64,000 bases of DNA from Myxococcota bacterium (GTDB taxonomy: Bacteria; Myxococcota_A; UBA796; UBA2385). The stretch is from the NCBI GenBank assembly GCA_044344255.1, contig JBIJDH010000003.1, positions 224,001-288,000 on the forward strand, written 5' to 3'. Each line of letters starts with the position of its first letter. Positions within the stretch are counted from its first letter, which is position 1. The position numbers and the translations under genes were made by a program. Positions 35,753-44,242 of the stretch are shown here, piece after piece. The notes beneath the pieces are model-generated. The model did no database searches, had not been told where the DNA came from, and saw nothing but the letters and a program-made list of their open reading frames with translations.

Positions 35753-38557
35753 ATGAAGCCCGCTTCCCCTGCTCGCCCCTGGCTCCGTCGGCTGACCCTC
35801 TTCGGTGGAGCCGGCGTCGGCCTGCTCTGCGGGGCGGCGCTCGCTACCCCGGCCCTCTTGCGCGGCCCGGTGCGGGCGCGCCTCGATCGCGAGCTGGCGG
35901 CGCGGGTCGACGCCGACGTCTCCATCGGCGACTTTGACCTCACCCTGATCCCCGCCTTCCCCAACCTCACCCTCGAGCTCAGCGACCTGCGGGTCACCGG
36001 CACGGGCGACTTCGAGGGGGTCGAGCTCCTTCAGGTCAAGGAGGCCGCCTTCTCGGTCGATCTGGCCAGCCTCGCCTCGGGAGGGACGGTCGAGCTCCGT
36101 GAGCTCCGCCTCGTCGAGCCGGTGATCCACGTTCGTGTCAACGCCGATGGGCGCAGCAACACCGACATCATGAAGCCCCAGCCGACCCCGCCCGGAGAGG
36201 CGGCTCCCCCGGCTCCCCTCCGCGCCCGCCTCAAGCGCGCGGTCGTGAGAGACCTCTCGCTGACCTACGACGACGCGCCCGGGCGGGTTTCGGTCATCGC
36301 CGCCGACCTTGACCATGAGGGCAGCGGCTCCATCTCCGGAGATCGGCTGCGATATCGAGCCGAGACCGGCGTGGGCGCGCTCACCGTGCGACAGGGCGGG
36401 GTGGGGCTGCTCGACGCCGCTCGTGTGGCCCTCGATCTCGACGTCGCGCTCGATCTCGCCACCGGCGCCGCCGCCTTCGGGTCGAGCCGCCTGCAGGTCA
36501 ACTCCCTCCCCCTCCGCTTTGAGGGAGAGGTGGAGCCGGTCCGCGAAGGCACCCGCCTCGACATGAGCTTCACGGCGGAGGAGAGCAGCTTTCGCGAGAT
36601 CCTGTCGCTCATCCCATCGGTATACAAGGGGGACATCGCCCGCCTCGAGGCCTCCGGCAGCCTCGCGGTGTCGGGTAAGGTGAATGGCATACTCCCCGAG
36701 CAGGGCGACAGCCTCCCGGCGCTGAGCCTCCGCGCCAAAGTGGAGGATGGGCGCTTCCGGGACCCCTCGCTGCCGGTCGGCGTCGACGACGTGGCGCTCG
36801 AGGTGCTCGTCGATCACCCGGGGGGCCCTCCCGACGCCCTCGTCCTCGATGTCCCCCGCTTTCACTTCTCTGTAGACGGGCGCCCCGTGGACGGTCGCCT
36901 GCGCTTGAAACACATCACCACCGATCCGCTGGTAGAGGCGGCGGTCCAGGCCGACCTCGACCTCGGCCGCCTCCGCGCCGCGCTGCCGCCCGACGACTCC
37001 ACCTTCTCGGGCGCCCTCAAGCTCGACCTCGACGTGCTCGGCCGCGTCTCACAGCTCGAGTCGGCCTCCCTGGACGGCGTTCGAGCCCGAGGTTCCGTGG
37101 AGCTCAAGGACGCCCGTTACATGGGCCCCGACGTGGCCGAGGAGCTTCAGGTCGCGCGGCTGAGCATGGAGATGGACACCGCGTCCGTGCAGGTGAAGGC
37201 GCTGGAGATGCGCTTCGGGAGCTCCGATCTGTCCGGCCAGGGTCGGCTCGAGAACGTGATCGGCTACGCGCTCGGCAAGGGCGCCCTCGCGGGGGAGCTC
37301 ACCGCGAAGTCGAAGCGCCTCGACCTCCGCCCCTGGAGCGGCCCCGACGAGCCCGCCACTTCGGGGGGCGGCAAGGGCAAGGAGCCCGCCGCCGAAGAGG
37401 CCGGCGTGGCTACGGTGCCCACCGATCTCGCGGTCCGGGTCAAGGCCGAGGCGGGGCGTGTGCTCTACGACACCTACGATCTGACCGACTTTCACGGCGA
37501 CATCGAGGTGAAGGACGGCGTGGCCGACGTCCGCGACTTCCGCGCCCGGGCCTTCGGCGGGCAGGTCTCGATGAAGGGCCGCTACGCCGCGCCCACCGAG
37601 CGGCAGGCCGACGTCGACATGGTGCTCGGCATCTCCGGCTTCGGGCTGAGCGACCTCTTGGCGGCCTCCGACACCCTCCAGCGTATCGCCCCCATCGCCA
37701 AGGGAGCCCCGGGCAAGGTCTCGGCCAGCTTCCGGGTGAAGACGCGCCTGCGCCGAGACATGAGCCCCGACCTGAGCACGCTCTACTCCCAGGGCGACCT
37801 CTCGGCCGTGAACCTCCGCCTGAGCCCGGCCTTCATGAAGAAGGTCTCAGACGTGATGAAGGACAAGAGCTTCGGGAGTATTGTCCTTGACAATCACAAG
37901 CTCGGCTTCGAAATTGAGCAGGGAAAGGTCCACATCTCGCCGACGATGCTGCTCCTCGCCGGCGCCGCCGCCACCTTGGCGGGCTCGACCGGCGTGCTCG
38001 ACGAGTCCCTCGACCTTGACCTGAAGACCGACGTCCCCCTGCCGAAGGCGAAGGCCAGCGGCCTGCTCCAGGAGGCGGGGGTGGCCAAAGGCGGGAAGGT
38101 GCCGCTTCGGATCCAGGTCGGCGGCACCTTCGACAAGCCCACCGTGAAGACCAACCTCGGTGACCTCGCCGCTGAGGTGGTGGACGCGGGCGTCGATAAG
38201 GCGGTCGAGGCCGCCAAGAAAGCAGGGGATAAGCTGATCGACGAGGCGGAGGTCGCGGGGGACGCGCTCATCACCGAGGCCAAGAAGGCGGGGGACAAGC
38301 TCCGCGAAGAGGCCAAGAAGGCCTCCGATCGCCTCGTCAAGGAGGCGGGAAAGAACCCGGTCGCCGTGGCCGCCGCCAAGGAGGCCGGCAAGAAGCTCAA
38401 GAAGGAGGCCGACGAGAAGGCAGGTAAGCTCGTGAAGGCCGCCGAGAAGAAGAAGGGCGAGCTCGTGGAGAAGGCCCGTGACAAGAAGGACCAGCTCATC
38501 GAGGAGGCGGGCAAGGGGGCCAAGGCCAAGGCCAAGGCCAAGGCGAAGGGCGGCTGA
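35753..38557 (+). CDS. AsmA-like protein
   Basis: N-terminal TM, FPNL.L...DL.V, L.EP.I.V....DG.SN, repeated beta-groove-like segments, IGGT-type C-domain (VGGTFDKP), Lys/Ala/Glu helical tail. Confidence 0.85.
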   Translation: MKPASPARPWLRRLTLFGGAGVGLLCGAALATPALLRGPVRARLDRELAARVDADVSIGDFDLTLIPAFPNLTLELSDLRVTGTGDFEGVELLQVKEAAFSVDLASLASGGTVELRELRLVEPVIHVRVNADGRSNTDIMKPQPTPPGEAAPPAPLRARLKRAVVRDLSLTYDDAPGRVSVIAADLDHEGSGSISGDRLRYRAETGVGALTVRQGGVGLLDAARVALDLDVALDLATGAAAFGSSRLQVNSLPLRFEGEVEPVREGTRLDMSFTAEESSFREILSLIPSVYKGDIARLEASGSLAVSGKVNGILPEQGDSLPALSLRAKVEDGRFRDPSLPVGVDDVALEVLVDHPGGPPDALVLDVPRFHFSVDGRPVDGRLRLKHITTDPLVEAAVQADLDLGRLRAALPPDDSTFSGALKLDLDVLGRVSQLESASLDGVRARGSVELKDARYMGPDVAEELQVARLSMEMDTASVQVKALEMRFGSSDLSGQGRLENVIGYALGKGALAGELTAKSKRLDLRPWSGPDEPATSGGGKGKEPAAEEAGVATVPTDLAVRVKAEAGRVLYDTYDLTDFHGDIEVKDGVADVRDFRARAFGGQVSMKGRYAAPTERQADVDMVLGISGFGLSDLLAASDTLQRIAPIAKGAPGKVSASFRVKTRLRRDMSPDLSTLYSQGDLSAVNLRLSPAFMKKVSDVMKDKSFGSIVLDNHKLGFEIEQGKVHISPTMLLLAGAAATLAGSTGVLDESLDLDLKTDVPLPKAKASGLLQEAGVAKGGKVPLRIQVGGTFDKPTVKTNLGDLAAEVVDAGVDKAVEAAKKAGDKLIDEAEVAGDALITEAKKAGDKLREEAKKASDRLVKEAGKNPVAVAAAKEAGKKLKKEADEKAGKLVKAAEKKKGELVEKARDKKDQLIEEAGKGAKAKAKAKAKGG

Positions 38558-38569
38558 CCCGGGGCGCCC

Positions 38570-39691
38570 TCAGCTCGCCGCCGGCTCGGGGGCATCCTCC
38601 TCGGCTGCGTCGTCCGCGTCGTCCTCGTCTGGCGCGGGTAGCTCGATGCCTGCGGCCAGGGCGAATTCGACCTCGCCCCACTCGCCGCGGAGCTCGGCGA
38701 GGCGCGCCTTGATCAGGTTGAGGGCGGCATCGGCCCCTCGCTCAGCGAGCTGTCCGCCGACCTCGAGGAGGAGGGCGACGGCCGCCGGCCGATCGCCGAT
38801 CCAAGCGCGGGTGCCGGCGAGGGTCAGCGAGGCGTCGGCGACCCCGATCCAGTTGTGGCGGCGCTCCGCGGCCCCGCGCGCCGGCCGGGCGACCGCGTCG
38901 GCCTCTGCCCAGGCACCCCGAGCCTGGTAGAGCGCGGCGAGCAGGCTGCCCAGGAGGACGGTGGAGAGGTCGTCGTGGCGCGCGACCGCCAGCGTGAAGG
39001 CGGCGCGCAGGGGGGGCTCGGCCTCGTCGGCGAGGCCGATCTCCATCAGGTGGGCGCCGAGCAGGGTGAGGCAGCGGGCCTGCGCCACCCCGTCGTCGTG
39101 GCGCCGCGACAGCGCGACGGCGGCTTCGAGCTCGACCCTCGCGCGGACCCGATCGGCCCCGGCCGTGAGCAGCTCGGCGAGCACGAGGTGGACGGCGAGG
39201 CGGTCATGATCGCGTGCGGGGGAGGGCAGGAGGGCGAGCGCGTCCTCGAGGTGCTCCCGGGCGGGCGAAGGCGCAGCGGCGACGCGGGCGAGGGCCAGAT
39301 CGGCGCCGAGGCTGGGGTGGGCCTCGGCCTCGATCACGAGGGGCAAGAGCAGATCTTGGGCCCGCTCCTGCAGCCCGCTCGCGGCGGTGGCCCGGACGCC
39401 GAGGAGGCGGAGGCGCAGGGCCTCGACCGCGGCGCCGTGCTGCTCGGCCCGGCGAGCGGCGAGGGCGAGCTGACGGGCGGCGCCGGCCTCACCTCGGTGG
39501 AAGGAGAGCTCGGCGGCCCAGGCCAGCAGGGCGTCGGAGGCGCGCTGGGCCCCCAGGTCGAGGGTGGTCTCCGAAGGGAGCTCGACGGCGAGCTCACCCG
39601 CGAGCGCGAGGGCCCGATCTCGAGACTGGCCGAGGAGGGCGTGCCCGCGCAGCCGTCGCAGCCGCTCCTCCGCGCTGGGGGCCTCGCTCAT
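38570..39691 (-). CDS. TPR-like all-helical hypothetical protein
   Basis: Ala/Leu-rich helical repeats; ATGA overlap with the upstream gene; start trimmed to ATG 39691. Confidence 0.65.
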   Translation of the reverse strand: MSEAPSAEERLRRLRGHALLGQSRDRALALAGELAVELPSETTLDLGAQRASDALLAWAAELSFHRGEAGAARQLALAARRAEQHGAAVEALRLRLLGVRATAASGLQERAQDLLLPLVIEAEAHPSLGADLALARVAAAPSPAREHLEDALALLPSPARDHDRLAVHLVLAELLTAGADRVRARVELEAAVALSRRHDDGVAQARCLTLLGAHLMEIGLADEAEPPLRAAFTLAVARHDDLSTVLLGSLLAALYQARGAWAEADAVARPARGAAERRHNWIGVADASLTLAGTRAWIGDRPAAVALLLEVGGQLAERGADAALNLIKARLAELRGEWGEVEFALAAGIELPAPDEDDADDAAEEDAPEPAAS

Positions 39692-41298
39692 CGGTCCATG
39701 GCTCCGGCCAGCGTCGAGAAGGCCCAGCTCCGCAGCTCGACCAGCGAGGCCCGGGCGGCAGAGAGGCCCTGGTGGATGTCTTCGGGGCGATCGTCCAGCG
39801 CGTCGAGGGGGGTGCCGGCGAGGCTGTCGAGGGCCCGGCCCGCCTGGACCACGCCGCGGGCGAGCTGGCGCAGCGCCTTGTCTCCGGAGCGGAGGGTGGC
39901 CGAGACGGGGGAGCCGGGGCGCACCCGGCAGACCGCGAGCGCCGCGGCGGCGATCTCGACCTGGCATCGCCCGATCGCGTTCATCAGGTAGCGGGCGGCG
40001 TGGACGCTCTGCTCGAGCTGCTCGGGGCGGACGACCGGCTCACCGGGCGCCTCCTCAGGACTTCCGTCTCCGTCGCCGAGGTAGGCGTTGATCAGGGCGT
40101 CGAGCGCGTCGAGCTGGTCGTCGGCAGGGTGGACCCACTCTCCCTCACCGCCCTCGCTGTCAGCGGACGGCGGCAGGAGGTCGAGGCGCGGCACCTCGGG
40201 GAGGTAGCCGCTCGGGATGATGCGGGAGAGGGCCATCCCGCCGAGGGCGCTCGGGGAGCCGCCGCCGCGGGAGCCAGGGGCCTCGTCCAGCTCGCGGACC
40301 CCGAGGGCGTCCTCGAGGATCTGGAGGGCGTGGAGGCGCCCCTCTTCGGCCAGCGGTCGGGCGGCGGCGACCGACTCCTCCCAGGCTGTGCGGACCAGCG
40401 AGAGAGAGACGGCGCGATCGGTGCGGACGCCGCCCCCCTCGAGGGCCTCGGCGCAGACGGCGAGGTTGGCGAGCCGGGCGACGCCCCCCGCGTAGCCGCC
40501 GGCCTCGGGCACCAGGGCGGCGATCGAGGCGCCGAGCACCCGGCCGAGGGCGCGGGAGAGCGGCGACTGGCCGGCCGCCGCGAGGAAACGACCGATCTCG
40601 CTGGGGCGGCCGATGGGATCGTGGATCCCGTCCGCCTGCAGCAGGTCCTCCGGCTCGACCCGGAGGCGCCCGAGCTCGACCGGGTTCTGGAGGCTGAGCT
40701 CCACAGCGGCGTAGAGGGCGTCCCCCTCCCGACCCGCCAACGTCGGCGGCCCGTGGTGCTCGAAGAGGACGTCAATCGCCCCCAGCGCCTCGTCGTCGAG
40801 CGCGCCCTCGTCACCGATGTCCTCCTCGTCGAAGGGGTCGTCTTCATCGAAGTTCTGGACGGGAGAGCTCCGGAGCTTGCGGTAGCGGGTCGGGGCACGG
40901 GGATCGTCGGGGTCGTCTTCGCCGCCGAACAGGAGGCCGACGTCCCAAGGGCTCTCCCCGTCGCCGCCGTCCGCGCCACCTCCGCCGCCACCGCCGACCT
41001 GGCGGGCCTCGAGCTCCATGCCCTCCTCGAGGTCCTCCCCCTCGACCAGCTCTTCGATCTGCTCCTCTTCTTCTTCGTGTTCGGCCCCCGCGCCGGACTG
41101 CGCGCCACCCTGCCTGCCGATTAGCGCCGCCAGGGCCTGATTGCCGAGCTGCGGCGCGAGCTTCTGCGCGGCCTCGGCCGAGATCTCCTGGCCCTCTTCG
41201 AGCTTCTGGAGCTCCTCGAGCTGCTGGGGGTCGAGCTCACGCTCGGACTCCGGCTTCTTCAGCTCCTGCTGGCGGCGCTGCTCGTAGGCCGTGGCCAT
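39688..41298 (-). CDS. Acidic hypothetical protein with N-terminal LGNQA motif (candidate CIS cargo)
   Basis: ATG 41298; AQKLAPQLGNQALAALI, then an acidic disordered region and a helical C-half. Confidence 0.62.
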   Translation of the reverse strand: MATAYEQRRQQELKKPESERELDPQQLEELQKLEEGQEISAEAAQKLAPQLGNQALAALIGRQGGAQSGAGAEHEEEEEQIEELVEGEDLEEGMELEARQVGGGGGGGADGGDGESPWDVGLLFGGEDDPDDPRAPTRYRKLRSSPVQNFDEDDPFDEEDIGDEGALDDEALGAIDVLFEHHGPPTLAGREGDALYAAVELSLQNPVELGRLRVEPEDLLQADGIHDPIGRPSEIGRFLAAAGQSPLSRALGRVLGASIAALVPEAGGYAGGVARLANLAVCAEALEGGGVRTDRAVSLSLVRTAWEESVAAARPLAEEGRLHALQILEDALGVRELDEAPGSRGGGSPSALGGMALSRIIPSGYLPEVPRLDLLPPSADSEGGEGEWVHPADDQLDALDALINAYLGDGDGSPEEAPGEPVVRPEQLEQSVHAARYLMNAIGRCQVEIAAAALAVCRVRPGSPVSATLRSGDKALRQLARGVVQAGRALDSLAGTPLDALDDRPEDIHQGLSAARASLVELRSWAFSTLAGAMDR

Positions 41299-41431
41299 GC
41301 CGTTCTTCTCGGGGCCGGAGTCGCGGTTCGTCGGACTTGTAACCGGCCGCGGGGCCACGCCGCGCCCTCCCGGCGGGGCGCTCCGGTTAGACTGCGCCGA
41401 ACGGTCAGGCGGGCGGGGAGAGGTGGAGCGC

Positions 41432-44242
41432 ATGGAGAGCATCGGCGGGCTGGTCGCGACGGGCCGAAAGTTACGGGGGCCGGGCTCCGATCTGGTCGAG
41501 CTCGACTCTCCGAAGGGCCTCAAGCACACCGCGGTCCAGTTTCATCCGGAGTACCGGTCGCACAACGCGATCAACGACGCCCTGTCCGTGGTGCGCGGCT
41601 TCCTCGAGTCGCCGATGGTCACGGGCCTCGTGGAGCTGGTCCGGGACGACCCGAACGAGGGCGCCTTCATCTACCCGACCGGCCAGGTTTGGAGCGTGGC
41701 CGAGGTGATCCGCACGATGGCGGACCTCGGGGAGCCCGCCGGGGTGCGCGCCGGCCTGGAGCTGATGTTCGCAGCGGGGCGTATCCTCGTGGAAGCGGCG
41801 GACACCGGGGCGAATCAAGGGGTGTACTCCCACGGGGGCCTCACCCCCTGGCGCTGCATGCTGCGGCGGAACGGGGAGGTGCTGATCATCGGTCACGCGC
41901 TCCCACAAGTGGAGATCCTGCTCTTTCACGAAGATCCGAGCCGGATCCCGCGGGAGGACTCCTTTCGTTACTGCCCCCCCGAGCGCATGGAGTCGGCCGC
42001 CGAGGATGTCTCGAGCGACCTCTTCGGCCTCACGCTCGTCGCCTTCGAGCTCATGACCGGCAAGCCGGTCTATGACGGGCTCGTCAACGACATCCGCCAG
42101 CAGGCGGCGCGGGGGGAGGGCTCGCGGCGCCTGTACCGCTTCCGGGAGATCCTGCCGCAGCGGGTCCGCGACCTGCTCTCGACCGCGATGAAGCCGGCCA
42201 CTTCAGACCGCTTCTCGAGCGGCGAGGAGTTCCTCACCGAGGTGCGCGCGGTGCTCTCGAGCGCGGACGCGACGGGCCCTTCGCTGATCGACCTGATGGC
42301 CCACATCGGCCAGCAGAACGTGCGCACGGGCACCGCGGTGGAGGCCAGCAAGACCACGATGACCTCCCGGGAGGAGCTCCAGCGCCTCGTCGGGGCGGAG
42401 GACGACGAGGTCGCCGAGGCCTCGGGGCGGGGCGCGCGCGAGGCGTGGAGCCCTGCGCCGGCGCGAGGGGGAGATCAACCCCAGCGTCGCAGCCCCCGCA
42501 GGGCCGGCGAGAGCGGCGACGGGCCCGCGGCGCCGGTCGCCGCGCCGCCGGCCGCCGCACCGCCGCCCGCCGCACCGCCGCCGGATCTGAGAGCCCTCAC
42601 GGAGTCCCAGTCCCGCTGGTCGAAGCCGAACCGCGGCAACGAGGCACCGGCTCGCGCGCCGGAGCCGCCTCCGCGAGCCCCGGAGCCGGCCGGGCCGCGC
42701 CCCGCAGCGCCGCCCCGCACCCCGGAGCCGCCACCCCGGATGACCGAGCCGCCGCGAGCCCAGGAGCCGCCTCGCATCCCGGAGGCGCCGCGGGCTGTGG
42801 AGCCGCCGCGGACCTTCGAGCCAGCGCACTCGATCGGCGGCGGCCCCCGTGCGGGTCGGCTCCCCCCCCGAGCGCGGCCCGAAGGGGAGCCGGAGCCCGT
42901 TCGACGCGGTGGGGTGGATATCGCCGAGCTCTTGAGCCGGGTGAATCAGGGGGCCGCCGCTCTGGTGGCGCCGGTCGCCCCGGCGCGCCCCCCGCCGGAT
43001 CCGGCGATCGACGCCGCGCGGCCCGAGGGCCCCGCGCGTCGTGTTCCCCTGCGGGAGCGGCTGAACCAGAGCGCCTCGCTCCCGCCGCCCGTGTCCGCCG
43101 CGCCGCCGCCGCCGCCGCCTTCGCCTTCTCCGCCGTCTCCCACGGTCCAGACCTCCCCCGCATCGGCGGTCGCCCCGACCTCGTCGATGACCGCAGGGCC
43201 GGGCCTCACGGAGGCGGGGCGGCCACGCTTCCAGTCCGGCCGTGCCCGGGTCCCGGAGCCGACTGCGCCAGCGGGGGCGTCTCCCTCGGAGGTGCCGCCC
43301 GCAGACGCGCCGCCCGTAGACGCGGCGCCGGTGGTCTCGCCGCCTGCGGTCTCGGCGCCGGTGGTCGCGCCGGTGCTTCAGCCGCCCGAACCGGTCCCCC
43401 TCGCAGTGCAGCCGGCCCCGGCCATCCCGCCGGCCTCCTTCGCCGCGCAGGGCATCTCTCCGGTGATCGTGCCGCCGGCGCCGGTGAGCGCGCCCCCCGC
43501 GGCGCCCTTCGTCGCCGGCCTGCCGGTGAGCGCCGGCCCGCCGGCGGAGCTCCCTCTCCCCGTGGCGCCCCCTTTGCCCGCGCCGCCCCCTCCGGTGGTC
43601 GCGCCGCCGACTCCACCGAGCCCTGCGCCGGCCGCTCCGCCGTCGGAGTCGCCTGGAGCGGCGGCGAGCGGCGCCTCCGCGGTGCACGTGATGGCGGCGG
43701 CCTCGGTGAGCGGCTCGGGTGTGGCCGGCGCGGCCCGAGCGGCGCCGGCGGGGAGCGGTGCGTTCACCGTTCGCCGCGCCGACGGTCGTGTCGCTCGGAG
43801 CCGCCTACCCTCAGCGGCGAGCTCGGCCGAGGGGGTCTCGATGCTGGTCGGCACGGTCTTCCCCGTCCGCCTCGACCTCGCCGGTCGCCTCGCGGGTTGG
43901 TACCGCATGGAGCAAGGAGGGGTGCAGATCCCCGCCGACCGACGCATGTTCGAGCTCGATCCGGAGAGGGAGATCACCTTTCGGTTTGTGCCAAATGACA
44001 CGATCATCGCCGAGATCGAGGTGCGGGGAGCCGACCTGCCCCACCGCTTCAAGGCGCCGGTGGGCACGGCGGTGCTCGTCACCTCGATGGTCGACCACCT
44101 CATCACGTGGCTCGAGCTCGGCCCGGGGGAGTGGGGCCTCCTCCTCAACGGGCGCTCCCTCGAGCCCCACGGCATCCTCCAGGACGCGCTCGAGCCGGGC
44201 GCCCCCGTCCGCCTGTTGCTGAGCCGGGTGAACGCCCGATGA
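41432..44242 (+). CDS. Pseudokinase + Pro-rich linker + two C-terminal ubiquitin-like (YukD-type) domains
   Basis: Kinase C-lobe kept (YCPPE, SDLFGL...FELMTG, R of subdomain XI) but HGGLTPWR for HRDLKPxN, IGH for DFG, no VAIK lysine; GGAG before ATG 41432. Confidence 0.7.
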   Translation: MESIGGLVATGRKLRGPGSDLVELDSPKGLKHTAVQFHPEYRSHNAINDALSVVRGFLESPMVTGLVELVRDDPNEGAFIYPTGQVWSVAEVIRTMADLGEPAGVRAGLELMFAAGRILVEAADTGANQGVYSHGGLTPWRCMLRRNGEVLIIGHALPQVEILLFHEDPSRIPREDSFRYCPPERMESAAEDVSSDLFGLTLVAFELMTGKPVYDGLVNDIRQQAARGEGSRRLYRFREILPQRVRDLLSTAMKPATSDRFSSGEEFLTEVRAVLSSADATGPSLIDLMAHIGQQNVRTGTAVEASKTTMTSREELQRLVGAEDDEVAEASGRGAREAWSPAPARGGDQPQRRSPRRAGESGDGPAAPVAAPPAAAPPPAAPPPDLRALTESQSRWSKPNRGNEAPARAPEPPPRAPEPAGPRPAAPPRTPEPPPRMTEPPRAQEPPRIPEAPRAVEPPRTFEPAHSIGGGPRAGRLPPRARPEGEPEPVRRGGVDIAELLSRVNQGAAALVAPVAPARPPPDPAIDAARPEGPARRVPLRERLNQSASLPPPVSAAPPPPPPSPSPPSPTVQTSPASAVAPTSSMTAGPGLTEAGRPRFQSGRARVPEPTAPAGASPSEVPPADAPPVDAAPVVSPPAVSAPVVAPVLQPPEPVPLAVQPAPAIPPASFAAQGISPVIVPPAPVSAPPAAPFVAGLPVSAGPPAELPLPVAPPLPAPPPPVVAPPTPPSPAPAAPPSESPGAAASGASAVHVMAAASVSGSGVAGAARAAPAGSGAFTVRRADGRVARSRLPSAASSAEGVSMLVGTVFPVRLDLAGRLAGWYRMEQGGVQIPADRRMFELDPEREITFRFVPNDTIIAEIEVRGADLPHRFKAPVGTAVLVTSMVDHLITWLELGPGEWGLLLNGRSLEPHGILQDALEPGAPVRLLLSRVNAR

